Origin: Thermodesulfobacteriota bacterium
GTDB taxonomy: Bacteria; Desulfobacterota_D; UBA1144; Nemesobacterales; Nemesobacteraceae
Direction of reading: 5' to 3'
DNA length: 64,000 nucleotides
NCBI GenBank assembly: GCA_965263275.1
Contig: OZ253668.1
Span: 705,220-769,219, forward strand
The translations under genes were made by a program, and so were the position numbers. Positions 19,631-29,146 of this stretch are shown here, piece after piece (the stretch's first letter is position 1; each line of letters starts with the position of its first letter). A model generated the notes under the pieces. The model had not been told where the DNA came from. It did no database searches and saw only the letters and a program-made list of their open reading frames with translations.

Positions 19631-22111
19631 TTATGAGCTCGTATCCAGTTCAAGCATTTCACCCCATTTTTCCGTTACGTGCGTGAAGAGTTTTTCGTAT
19701 TCTGCGCAATTATCTACCTTGCCCTTTAATCCGCGGGCGCAATCTCTTGACTCGTTCAGCAGCGCAGAATCTCTTATAAGGTTGGCAAAACTGAAACCGG
19801 GAACCCCAGACTGTTTTGTGCCCATAAATTCCCCGGGACCCCTGCTGGCAAGATCAAACTCAGAGATTCTGAAACCGTCTGAGGTTTCACCCATTATTCT
19901 AAGCCTCTCCTCGGACTCCTCTCCCGACACAAACGAATACACTATGTAGCAGGTTGATTCATACCTTCCCCTCCCCACTCTTCCCCTCATCTGGTGAAGC
20001 TGTGAGAGTCCGAATCGTTCCGCGTTTTCTATAACGATGGCAGTAGCGTTGGGAACATCAACTCCGACCTCTATCACCGTTGTGGACACGAGAATATCGC
20101 TTCGCTTCGCGAGAAAATCGTCCATAACACCTTCTCGCTCATCGCTTTTCATCCTGCCGTGGAGAAGAGAAACGCGAAACTCGGAGAACTCTTCGCGCAG
20201 TTCCTCAACCATTCTGGTTACGTGCCTCACTCGCTTGAAATCCTGATTCTCGGATTCCTCTATAAAGGGATAGACGAAATACGCCTGGCGACCTTCTTTA
20301 AGTCTTTTTCTTGTCTGATCGTAAAACCATGTTCGGTTTTTCTGCGTATCCCTAAGAACAAACGTCTCTACCTTTTTTCTCGAAGGAGGAAGCTCATCGA
20401 TCACGGAGATTTCAAGATCTCCGTACACGGTAATAGCGAGGGTTCTCGGAATTGGAGTAGCCGTCATAACCAGCACGTCAGGCACCGTCGCTTTCCGTAC
20501 AAGCTTAGCCCTCTGAATAACTCCGAACCTGTGCTGTTCGTCTATTACTACGAACCCGAGGGCCTTAAAATCCACCGCTTCTGAGATCAGGGCGTGGGTT
20601 CCCACCACGATATCGGCTTGCCCGGTTTTTATCTCTTCATGAACGTGGGATTTATCCGTTCTTGAAAGCGCACTTTTAAGAAGAACTACGCTTACTCCTA
20701 TGTTCTCGGTCATTTGTCTCATATTTCGAAAATGCTGCTCGGCCAGTATTTCCGTCGGAACCATAAGCGCGGCCTGATAACCGGACTCAACCGCCCGGAG
20801 CATGGAGACAAGGGCGACAAGAGTTTTTCCGCTTCCCACATCACCCTGAAGAAGCCTGTTCATCGGGTGCGGAGAGACCATATCATCCGCTATCTCCGAA
20901 ATAGTCTTTTTCTGGGCGCGCGTAAGATCGAAAGGAAGTGAGCGGAGAAGTTTTTCTGAAAGAGAGCTGCTGGAGTTAAAAGATATGCCGTGACTTTCGC
21001 CCACTTTTCGTTTTTTGGAAAAAAGGCCAAGCTGAAGAACGAAAAACTCGAAAAATATAACGGTCCTGTGAGCCTGCGAGGCCGCGACCGACCCGGGGTC
21101 GTCAAAATCAACCGGGAGGACGTCGCCCGGAGGGAAATGCACCTGCTCAAGTGCCTCAGGCAAGTTCATCAGGTCGTGTTTTTCCTGAATGTCTTTCGGG
21201 ATAAGCCCCTTGAAGTCCTGCGCATAGCCGTCAAGAGCGTTTCTTATCGCCTCCCTCAGCTTTTTCTGCGTAAGACCTTCTGTAAGCGGGTAGACGGGAA
21301 CGATTCTTCCAAACTGAAGAGGGTTCCCTGTATCTTCTTCATCTTCTATTATCTCGATGTCCTGGGGAAGCGGATGAATTATCTGAAGAGTTCTGCCTCC
21401 CGGGCCGAGCGATACTTTGCCGTGAACTATGAAATTTCTTTCCTTCTTGAAAATTCCCCTCAGATAAGAAGCCTTGTAGTTAAACCAGGTGAGTCTCAGC
21501 CTCTGCGTTCCGTCGTAGAGTGCTACCTGGAAAAAGCTTCTCTTTCTGTTTCTTATGTCACTCACGGAAACAACCCTGCCACGAACAGTGCAGGAATCCC
21601 CGGGAACAACTTCCGATATGTCAGCTATCTTTCTTCGATCGTCGTATTTTCTCGGAGAATAAAAAAGAAGATCGGAAACGGTACGTATGGATTTTTTTGC
21701 GAGAAATCCCCCGACCCTTGATCCGATCCCCTCAAGACGCGTGACGCTTAGAGAAAAGGGGTTCCCACCCGAGAGAGGCTTTCTTCCAGAGGCAGATGTT
21801 TTTTTAGGGAGACTTCCGCGCTCGCTTTTTCTGGCAAGGCCTTTTGTCTTGCGCACGACCAAGAGGGCAGAAGATACTTTTTTTCTTTTCTCTGGCCGCC
21901 CCAATCCCTCAAAATCGGAAAAAGAATCCCGAAGGGCTGTTATGAGAGTTTTTATCTCTGCCGGAGGAGCGGAGGTAAGAACTTTTGTGCATAAATTCCT
22001 TACGTTTCCTTCCAAGCCAACTATCCTGTCAAGATTCGAGAAATTATTCTTTGAGGCAAAATCAAGTGGGTTTTCAAGACGACTCAGAGATTTTTCCAGC
22101 TCGCCCTGCAT
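19631..22111 (-). CDS. recG: ATP-dependent DNA helicase RecG
   Basis: QGDVGSGKT, DEQHRFG, TATPIPRT and QLHQMRGRVGR motifs. Confidence 0.97.
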   Translation of the reverse strand: MQGELEKSLSRLENPLDFASKNNFSNLDRIVGLEGNVRNLCTKVLTSAPPAEIKTLITALRDSFSDFEGLGRPEKRKKVSSALLVVRKTKGLARKSERGSLPKKTSASGRKPLSGGNPFSLSVTRLEGIGSRVGGFLAKKSIRTVSDLLFYSPRKYDDRRKIADISEVVPGDSCTVRGRVVSVSDIRNRKRSFFQVALYDGTQRLRLTWFNYKASYLRGIFKKERNFIVHGKVSLGPGGRTLQIIHPLPQDIEIIEDEEDTGNPLQFGRIVPVYPLTEGLTQKKLREAIRNALDGYAQDFKGLIPKDIQEKHDLMNLPEALEQVHFPPGDVLPVDFDDPGSVAASQAHRTVIFFEFFVLQLGLFSKKRKVGESHGISFNSSSSLSEKLLRSLPFDLTRAQKKTISEIADDMVSPHPMNRLLQGDVGSGKTLVALVSMLRAVESGYQAALMVPTEILAEQHFRNMRQMTENIGVSVVLLKSALSRTDKSHVHEEIKTGQADIVVGTHALISEAVDFKALGFVVIDEQHRFGVIQRAKLVRKATVPDVLVMTATPIPRTLAITVYGDLEISVIDELPPSRKKVETFVLRDTQKNRTWFYDQTRKRLKEGRQAYFVYPFIEESENQDFKRVRHVTRMVEELREEFSEFRVSLLHGRMKSDEREGVMDDFLAKRSDILVSTTVIEVGVDVPNATAIVIENAERFGLSQLHQMRGRVGRGRYESTCYIVYSFVSGEESEERLRIMGETSDGFRISEFDLASRGPGEFMGTKQSGVPGFSFANLIRDSALLNESRDCARGLKGKVDNCAEYEKLFTHVTEKWGEMLELDTSS

Positions 22112-22117
22112 TATGAA

Positions 22118-24370
22118 TCAATGTTTTTCCGCTTTAGCGACTTTTCTAACTATATTGCCGTCTTTATCGAGATTAAGGGTGCTTCTGCACTTGGGATAGC
22201 CGCTGCAGCCGAGAAACGGCCCGCGTCGGCTGCGGCGAACTACCATGGGCTTGCCGCACTTCTCGCATTTAACATCTTCGCGGATCTGGGGAGCTTCTTT
22301 CTTCTTTATGACAATCCTGCCGTCTTCCCTCGTGAATTCCTTGGGGTTTTTGCAATCGGGATACCTTGAGCAGGAAAGAAACGGCCCGTAGCGCCCTTCC
22401 TTTATCACCATGGGAGCACCGCACTTGTCGCATTCAATATCATCGCAGATCTCGGGATCGGTTTTCTTCCCCACGATGATTTCCCCGTCCTCTGCTCTTT
22501 TGAAATCCTTTGCGTTCTTACACCCCGGATACCCAGAGCAGGAAAGAAACTGCCCGTAGCGCCCTTCCTTTATCACCATGGGAGCACCGCACTTGTCGCA
22601 TTCAATATCGGTTGGAATCTCCACCTTGCGCCCCTCGATTTCCTCCTCGGCTCTGGTCACGCTCTTTGAGAACCCTTCGTAGAAGCCCCGTAACAGTTCA
22701 ACCCAGTGGATTTCACCTTCCTCCACCCTGTCAAGATCGCTCTCCATACGGGCTGTAAACTCCTCGCTCATTATCCCCGGGAACCCCTCCACCAGAAAAT
22801 CGTTTACGGAGAAACCCAGAGGGGTCGGAATAAACCTTCCCTTCTGTCGCTCGGCGTATCCCCTGTCCTGTATAGTTGAAAGGATGGACGCGTAGGTAGA
22901 AGGTCTTCCGATGCCTTTTTCCTCAAGCTCCTTTACAAGCGAGCTTTCAGAATATCTTGGAGGAGGCTGAGTAAAATGCTGCTTGGGATCAAGTTCTTTT
23001 AGAAGAGAAAGAGCGTCTTTTTCAAAAAGCTCGGGAAGCCGCTTGTCCTCGTCTTTTTTGGAGTTCTTACCAGTTTCGTTGTTTTCTTCTTTTTCCGCAG
23101 TCTCCTCGTAGGCAGCAGTAAAACCCGAAAACTTCATCACGTTGCCTGTGGCTCTGAAAATGGCTTCGCCCGCCAAGATGTTAACACGAGTCTGGTCGTA
23201 TACAGCCGGGGGCATCTGCGAGGCGATGAACCTTTTCCATATAAGGGTGTAAAGCTTGTACTGGTCCTCGGTGAGGAACTTCCTTAGTTCATCGGGCTGT
23301 TTTGAGGGGAAGGTGGGCCTTATGCATTCATGGGCGTCCTGTGCGGATTTTTTTACCTTAAACACATTCGGGCGCTTCGGCACGTAATTGCCTCCGTAAT
23401 TCTCGGATATAAAACCCCTTGCTTCCAAGACGGCGTTTTCAGACGCCCTAACCGAATCGGTTCTCATGTATGTAATGAGTCCGACCGGCCCTTCGCTTCC
23501 AAGCTCAATTCCCTCGTAGAGTGCCTGGGCAACCGACATCGTCTTTTTTACGGAGAAGCGGTTTTTTTTCGAGGAATCCTGCTGAAGAGTGCTGGTTATG
23601 AAAGGGGGAAGCGGCTTTCTTCTCCTTTCTTTCTTTTCTACCGACCCTACGACAAAGTCTTTCCCCGAAAGCGCGGAAACTATCTCTTCTGACTGCTGTG
23701 CGTTTTCAACTTTGGCCTTTTTTCCCCGGAACATATGGAGCGAAGCCGTAAAGGCATCTGTGTCGGGGGCTGCATTTTTCTTAAGGAGCGCATCAAGTGT
23801 CCAGTATTCCTGGGGCTTGAAATTCTCAATTTCCCTCTCTCTCTCCACAACGAATCTCAGGGCGACGCTCTGCACCCTCCCCGCGCTCAGTCCCTTCCTT
23901 ACCTTCTTCCAGAGAACGGGACTCACCTTGTAGCCGACGATTCTGTCAAGAATTCTTCTCGCCTGCTGAGATTCAAAACGGTCCTTGTTGATCTCAAGCG
24001 GTCTGCTCATGGAATCCCTGACTCCAGCTTCCGTTATTTCGTGTATAAGCACCCTCTGGGCTTTATCCCAGAGATCAAGACGGTTGGCTATATGCCACGC
24101 GATGGCCTCCCCTTCCCTGTCCGGATCAGAGGCCAGATAAACTTTTTCCACGTCCCGCGACGCTTTTCTCAGATTCTCAAGATACTTAGTTTTGCCCTTT
24201 ATGACGGTATAGTCGGGCTTGAAATCGTTTTGGATATCAACTCCGAGTTTGCTGCTCGGAAGATCTATAAGATGCCCCGAAGAAGCTTCCACGCGGAAAT
24301 CCCGGCCGAGATATTTTCTTATTGTTCTCGCCTTTGATGGAGATTCAACTATTACAAGGGATTTAGCCAT
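22118..24370 (-). CDS. topA: DNA topoisomerase I
   Basis: VESPSKA, DPDREGEAI, SAGRVQS and ITYMRTD motifs; three C-terminal Zn ribbons. Confidence 0.98.
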   Translation of the reverse strand: MAKSLVIVESPSKARTIRKYLGRDFRVEASSGHLIDLPSSKLGVDIQNDFKPDYTVIKGKTKYLENLRKASRDVEKVYLASDPDREGEAIAWHIANRLDLWDKAQRVLIHEITEAGVRDSMSRPLEINKDRFESQQARRILDRIVGYKVSPVLWKKVRKGLSAGRVQSVALRFVVEREREIENFKPQEYWTLDALLKKNAAPDTDAFTASLHMFRGKKAKVENAQQSEEIVSALSGKDFVVGSVEKKERRRKPLPPFITSTLQQDSSKKNRFSVKKTMSVAQALYEGIELGSEGPVGLITYMRTDSVRASENAVLEARGFISENYGGNYVPKRPNVFKVKKSAQDAHECIRPTFPSKQPDELRKFLTEDQYKLYTLIWKRFIASQMPPAVYDQTRVNILAGEAIFRATGNVMKFSGFTAAYEETAEKEENNETGKNSKKDEDKRLPELFEKDALSLLKELDPKQHFTQPPPRYSESSLVKELEEKGIGRPSTYASILSTIQDRGYAERQKGRFIPTPLGFSVNDFLVEGFPGIMSEEFTARMESDLDRVEEGEIHWVELLRGFYEGFSKSVTRAEEEIEGRKVEIPTDIECDKCGAPMVIKEGRYGQFLSCSGYPGCKNAKDFKRAEDGEIIVGKKTDPEICDDIECDKCGAPMVIKEGRYGPFLSCSRYPDCKNPKEFTREDGRIVIKKKEAPQIREDVKCEKCGKPMVVRRSRRGPFLGCSGYPKCRSTLNLDKDGNIVRKVAKAEKH
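22368..22609. repeat. 74-bp direct repeat (1 mismatch) within topA Zn ribbons
   Basis: 22368-22441 matches 22536-22609; 168-bp offset keeps frame. Confidence 0.9.
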
Positions 24371-24479
24371 AGAGACAGTTTCCTGTTCGTAAAATGATTC
24401 TAAACTTATAAAAAGCCGGCGGAATTTGTCAAGACCGACGCAGAAACCGGGATTACTCCCCCGAAGCCGCTACAGCGTA

Positions 24480-25487
24480 TCAAACTTCTATGCTCTGCGC
24501 AAGAGCCCTGTTAGCATTATACCACCTAAGCGAGTTTTCAATGCCCGTTTCGATATCAAAGCAAGGCTCCCAGTCCAAGACCCTCTTCGCCTTGTCTATG
24601 TTTGCCAGGGTAACCTTGATATCGGAAGGATGCGGAGGGCTGCAAGCGATCTTGGCCCTTTTGCCGGTTCTGCGTTCCATTACACCTATGATCTCGTTTA
24701 GGGAAACCGAGGTCGCGCTTCCGAGGTTTATTACCTCAAAGCCGAGATTCCTTATCGCCAGAACCGTCCCCGCGGCGATATCGTCAACGTAGGTAAAATC
24801 TCTTTTCTGCTCCCCGTCGCCGAGTATTTCTATCTCCTGTCCTTCGTCTATCCACTTTATGAACCGAAAAACGCTCATATCGGGTCTTCCAGCAGGACCG
24901 TAAACGGTAAAGTAGCGAAGCACCGAGATGTCTATTCCGTAAAGGGAGTTGTAAACCGAGCAAAGACCCTCGGCGGATTTTTTTGAAGATGCGTAGGGAG
25001 AAAGCTGGTAGTCGGTCTTCATATCCTCGCTGAAAGGAATATCGTTCCCCCCGTAAACACTCGAAGTTGAAGCGAGCACAAATTTGCCTATCCCCTCGGA
25101 GCGACAGAATTCAAGGAGATTAAGAGTCCCCGTCACGTTGGTAGAGTAATATATCCAAGGGTTCTCAATGCTCTGGCGAACACCTGCCCGAGCCGCCAGA
25201 TTAATTACGCAGTCAATTCGGCCACCCTCGCAAAAACCCTTTATTTCTTCACACACAGAAAGAAGCCTGGCGTTATCCGATATATCACACCCGAAAAAAT
25301 TGAACCCCTCCCGCTCGAAAAGAGTTTCTAGCCTGTGGTGTTTGAGTCTCACGTCGTAAGCATCCGACATGTTATCGAGGCCGAAAACACAATCCCCGCG
25401 CTCAAGCAGAAACTCGCATACCCTGGCGCCTATAAATCCCGCGCAACCCGAAACGATTATATGGAAATTATATACTTGTTTACCCAT
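24480..25487 (-). CDS. NAD-dependent epimerase (UDP-glucuronate 4-epimerase-like) with element-derived N-terminus
   Basis: SGCAGFIG, LAARAGVR, YASSKK and RYFTVYGPAGRPDM. Native start MNII is stranded at 26783-26772; a replacement ATG lies at 25487. Confidence 0.85.
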   Translation of the reverse strand: MGKQVYNFHIIVSGCAGFIGARVCEFLLERGDCVFGLDNMSDAYDVRLKHHRLETLFEREGFNFFGCDISDNARLLSVCEEIKGFCEGGRIDCVINLAARAGVRQSIENPWIYYSTNVTGTLNLLEFCRSEGIGKFVLASTSSVYGGNDIPFSEDMKTDYQLSPYASSKKSAEGLCSVYNSLYGIDISVLRYFTVYGPAGRPDMSVFRFIKWIDEGQEIEILGDGEQKRDFTYVDDIAAGTVLAIRNLGFEVINLGSATSVSLNEIIGVMERRTGKRAKIACSPPHPSDIKVTLANIDKAKRVLDWEPCFDIETGIENSLRWYNANRALAQSIEV

Positions 25488-26771
25488 TGGGTAGCCTCGC
25501 ATCAATTTCACGGTTCATCGGGACTGTACTAATACCAGAAACCTCCCCGTGCAGTCGCGCCATTCCCAGACGCCTTATGTTCATTGCCGCATTCGTGTCC
25601 GCATTGGACGCAAAGCCGCAACTCACACATAGGAACCGTGCTTGGGTTTTACGGTTCTCTTTATCCACATGCCCGCATTCGGAGCATGTCTGACTTGTGT
25701 ACGCGGGATTTACTTCTATGAGCCTCCCGCACTTGTACTCAAGATTCCTTCTAAGTCCCCCTATGGCGGTATCCTGTATTGCCCTGTTAAGTCCCGCCTT
25801 CTTCTTCACGTTCTTTCCGGGATTCTCTATCGTACCCTTTGCAGAGGCCGTCATGTTCATGACCTTTAAGTCCTCCACTATCACGGTCCCACATTTCTCG
25901 GCAATCTCCTTTGTGGTCTGATGAATCCAGTTCTTGCGGATATTGGGTATCTTTCTGCTCACCTTCGCAAGTTTCTTCTCCGTGTCCTTCCGCCTGTTAG
26001 ACCCCTTGACCTGCCTTGCCATCCTTCGCTGATATCTCTTCCGCCTTGCTTCTTTCTTCTTTAGATCGGGCAGGAAGTAGAAATGTCCATCCGAGGTGGC
26101 AACCTGGCGGACGTTCATGTCAACACCTAAGAACTCACCATTGTCCAATCTCTGTTCCCCTTCGACCTCATAGAAGACAAAGGCACGCCATCTGTGCCCG
26201 TCATGGCGAAGCACAACCTGCTTGGGTGCGCCGTCCTCGTAAGGATTGCCACCCCTGCGGGTGAGCCTCACCCAACCTACCAAGGGAATGCGAAGCAGAG
26301 AGTATTTTCTATCAATATTCTTTATTCTGAAGTTCTCTTTGCTGGGGAGTGTGAAACTAGGGGCAGTCCTTCTCCTGCTTCTAGGCTTCGGAAAACCCTT
26401 TTTGCCCTGCATTGCCTGCTTCAGAGCGTCTGCGAAATACTTGAGAGTATGTTTAATAGGATTGGCGGGAAGCTCCCCAGGCCAGTCCGTCTCATGCCTT
26501 AGCCTGGTGAATTCCACCCCGAGACTGAAATAACTGGCAGATGGCCTCTCTCCCTCGCCGCCCCTGGATTTCTGGTAGTCGGCAAGGTTCTTCTCCCTGA
26601 AATGGTTCCAGACATACCGACAAGCTCCCGCTATCTGGAACATCTTCTTTGCCTTAGCCTTAGCGGTAGGAAGAACGACAAACTCTACAGTACGTATTTC
26701 TTTAGTCATTACGGTATATAATACCCCACTTGCTAGTAATTATGCCTTGGGTAATCAAGTATATAAGTTCC
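25463..26771 (-). mobile_element. Non-autonomous TIR element (IS1595-like ends) carrying only tnpB, 1309 bp
   Basis: TIRs GGAAATTATATACTTGTTTACCCA (25463-25486) and GGAACTTATATACTTGATTACCCA (reverse complement of 26748-26771), 22/24 identical; GATTATAT duplicated at 25455-25462 and 26772-26779. Confidence 0.92.
25480..26709 (-). CDS. tnpB: TnpB RNA-guided endonuclease
   Basis: GACRYVWN, RuvC-I GVDMN, RuvC-II IVEDL, Zn finger CSECG...CVSCG and RuvC-III NADTNAA. Confidence 0.96.
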   Translation of the reverse strand: MTKEIRTVEFVVLPTAKAKAKKMFQIAGACRYVWNHFREKNLADYQKSRGGEGERPSASYFSLGVEFTRLRHETDWPGELPANPIKHTLKYFADALKQAMQGKKGFPKPRSRRRTAPSFTLPSKENFRIKNIDRKYSLLRIPLVGWVRLTRRGGNPYEDGAPKQVVLRHDGHRWRAFVFYEVEGEQRLDNGEFLGVDMNVRQVATSDGHFYFLPDLKKKEARRKRYQRRMARQVKGSNRRKDTEKKLAKVSRKIPNIRKNWIHQTTKEIAEKCGTVIVEDLKVMNMTASAKGTIENPGKNVKKKAGLNRAIQDTAIGGLRRNLEYKCGRLIEVNPAYTSQTCSECGHVDKENRKTQARFLCVSCGFASNADTNAAMNIRRLGMARLHGEVSGISTVPMNREIDARLPNG

Positions 26772-26814
26772 GATTATATTCATGATAGCGAGGACTGCTC
26801 CCAGTCCATTTCCA

Positions 26815-28110
26815 TCACCTGCCGATTCCGAAATACGTTATGCCCAAGGTCTTTAGTTTCGCGTGGTCATAAACATTTCTTCCGTCAAATACTACGGGTG
26901 TCTTCATGAGTTCCTTTATTCTCTCGAAATTCGGCTGTCTGTACTGACTCCACTCAGTGTGAACCACAAGGGCGTCCGCGTCCCTGCAGGCATCATAGTA
27001 GGATTCGAAGTAATCCACTTTGTCTTTGAGAACGGCCCTCGCGTTTCCCATGGCAGCCGGGTCGTGGACGGCAACCGAACATCCAGCCTCAAGCAGCCTG
27101 CCTATCACGTAAAGCGACGGGGCCTCTCTTATGTCATCGGTATTGGGCTTAAACGAAATTCCCCACACGGCGATTCTCTTTCCGCGAAGATCACCGAAGA
27201 ATCCGGCTATTTTATTAAAAAATCTCTCCCTCTGAGCCGCGTTCACGCAATCAACCGCGGTTATCACCTCGGGTTCATATCCAACATCACGCGCCATTTT
27301 CTCAAGGGCTTTTACGTCCTTTGGAAAACATGACCCTCCGTATCCGATTCCCGGGTAAAGGTAGTATCTGCCTATCCTCGAGTCAGAACCCATCACCGAG
27401 CGCACCTGGGATACGTTTGCGCCCAGAAGTTCGCAGAGGTTCGCTATATCGTTCATAAACGATATTCTGGTGGCAAGCATCGCGTTTGAGGCATACTTTG
27501 ACATTTCGGAAGACCGGATGGAAACCACGATTGTCCTGTCGGCGGACCTCATAAAAGGGGAGTAAAGCTCTCTCAGAACTGAACCTGCCGACTCGTCCTC
27601 AACGCCTATAACGACCCTGTCGGGCTTAAGAAAATCCTCAACCGCCGCGCCTTCCTTCAGAAACTCCGGGTTTGACGCCACGCCGAATTCCTGATCCGTG
27701 AGAGATTTTATGGTGTCGCGCACTTTCTCGGTGGTACCCACGGGAACCGTACTTTTGGTTACGACTATCTTATAGCCATCAAGATTGGCTCCTATTGACC
27801 GAGCCACATCAAGAACAGAAGAGATATCAGCTTCGCCGTTTTGCGCCTGAGGAGTTCCGACCGCAATGAATATCAGAGAGGATTCCCTGACGGCCGAAGC
27901 TATGTCGGTAGTAAAAGAAAGTCTTCCCTCATCTATGTTGGTGCGCACTATCTTATCAAGACCGGGCTCGAAAAACGGAACCTCAGCGCGCCGAAGGCTT
28001 TCGATCTTGTTTTCGTCTATGTCAACGCAGAAAACGCTGTTTCCGCTTCCGGCAAAACACGCTCCGGTGACAAGCCCCACGTAACCCGTTCCTATAACGG
28101 CTATTTTCAT
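26815..28110 (-). CDS. ugd: UDP-glucose 6-dehydrogenase
   Basis: GTGYVGL, SNPEFLKEG, GYGGSCFPKD and FKPNTDD motifs. Confidence 0.96.
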   Translation of the reverse strand: MKIAVIGTGYVGLVTGACFAGSGNSVFCVDIDENKIESLRRAEVPFFEPGLDKIVRTNIDEGRLSFTTDIASAVRESSLIFIAVGTPQAQNGEADISSVLDVARSIGANLDGYKIVVTKSTVPVGTTEKVRDTIKSLTDQEFGVASNPEFLKEGAAVEDFLKPDRVVIGVEDESAGSVLRELYSPFMRSADRTIVVSIRSSEMSKYASNAMLATRISFMNDIANLCELLGANVSQVRSVMGSDSRIGRYYLYPGIGYGGSCFPKDVKALEKMARDVGYEPEVITAVDCVNAAQRERFFNKIAGFFGDLRGKRIAVWGISFKPNTDDIREAPSLYVIGRLLEAGCSVAVHDPAAMGNARAVLKDKVDYFESYYDACRDADALVVHTEWSQYRQPNFERIKELMKTPVVFDGRNVYDHAKLKTLGITYFGIGR

Positions 28111-28274
28111 CTTTTAAATCTCCCAGGAAAAACCTGCGAGGAACGCTCGCGCAGGAATTTTTCAGCAACTAAAAGACAACATAGGGTACAACAAATCCTC
28201 AAAAAATAAACAGATTGGGGAAATCCTCGGCGGACAAAGTTATAGTTACCGGAAAAAAGCTAAGGAGGCGTATC

Positions 28275-28688
28275 TTGAAATCTCATACAGAGTATCTGTG
28301 GTTTAAAACAGACAAAAAAAGGGAGTTCGTTCACATAACTCCGACAGTAAGACAGATCGTGGGGCGAAGCGGCGTAAGCGAGGGTTTTGTCCTCGTGTCC
28401 GCAATGCACATAACGGCTTCTGTCTTCGTAAACGACCTTGAGCAAGGACTTTTCGAGGACATCTGGGAGTGGCTTGAAGGCATCTCCCCCTTCAGGGAAG
28501 ATTACAAACATCACCGCACGGGGGAAGATAACGGCGACGCTCATCTGAAAAATCTCCTCATGCACCATCAGGTGATAGTTCCCGTAACGGAAGGAGACCT
28601 CGATCTCGGCCCCTGGCAGGAAATCTTCTACGGCGAGTTTGACGGCAGAAGAAGAAAAAGGGTCGTCGTAAAAGCTATCGGGATATGA
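28275..28688 (+). CDS. yjbQ: YjbQ/UPF0047-family protein
   Basis: [16 protein letters not shown] and [13 protein letters not shown]; AAGGAGG precedes TTG at 28275. Confidence 0.9.
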   Translation: MKSHTEYLWFKTDKKREFVHITPTVRQIVGRSGVSEGFVLVSAMHITASVFVNDLEQGLFEDIWEWLEGISPFREDYKHHRTGEDNGDAHLKNLLMHHQVIVPVTEGDLDLGPWQEIFYGEFDGRRRKRVVVKAIGI

Positions 28689-29146
28689 AAAACAGGCAGC
28701 AGAGCAAAGAGCCCAGAATATTCATAGACAGCCGCGGCAGATGGTTCCAGGACGGGATTAGGATAACCCACAGGTGGACATATCTTGAGAATAACAAAAA
28801 TCTCGACGTGGACAAGAACGGAAGATTCTTCGTTGAAGAAGGAATTAGCAGGGTCTACGTCAAGTGCGAGGATACCCCTTTTGTTGTTACCATGGTCATT
28901 AAGACAGAAGACGGTTTTTCCATAAGGTTAAACGACGAATCCCTGGAAAAACTGGATTTGACGACTCTCACCATAGCCAAGCAGAACATACCTTACGTAA
29001 AAGTAAAAAAGGGCAAATTCACCGCCCGCCTGCTAAGCCCCGCTTATTATGAGTTCATGAAGTACGTCGGTAAGGATGAAAAAGGATTCTATGTTGAAGT
29101 CAGAAGTAAAAAACACTATCTAGAGAGCCCGCAGCAGGATCAGTGA
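28685..29146 (+). CDS. Conserved hypothetical protein (DUF1285-like)
   Basis: IDSRGRWF...EDTPFVV pattern; ATGA-coupled to yjbQ. Confidence 0.6.
   Translation: MKNRQQSKEPRIFIDSRGRWFQDGIRITHRWTYLENNKNLDVDKNGRFFVEEGISRVYVKCEDTPFVVTMVIKTEDGFSIRLNDESLEKLDLTTLTIAKQNIPYVKVKKGKFTARLLSPAYYEFMKYVGKDEKGFYVEVRSKKHYLESPQQDQ

Noticed and set aside
25480-26709. Cas12f/type V effector or a standard IS605/IS607 element
   Set aside because: No adjacent array, no tnpA and no IS605-type end hairpin; ends are TIRs with a TSD.
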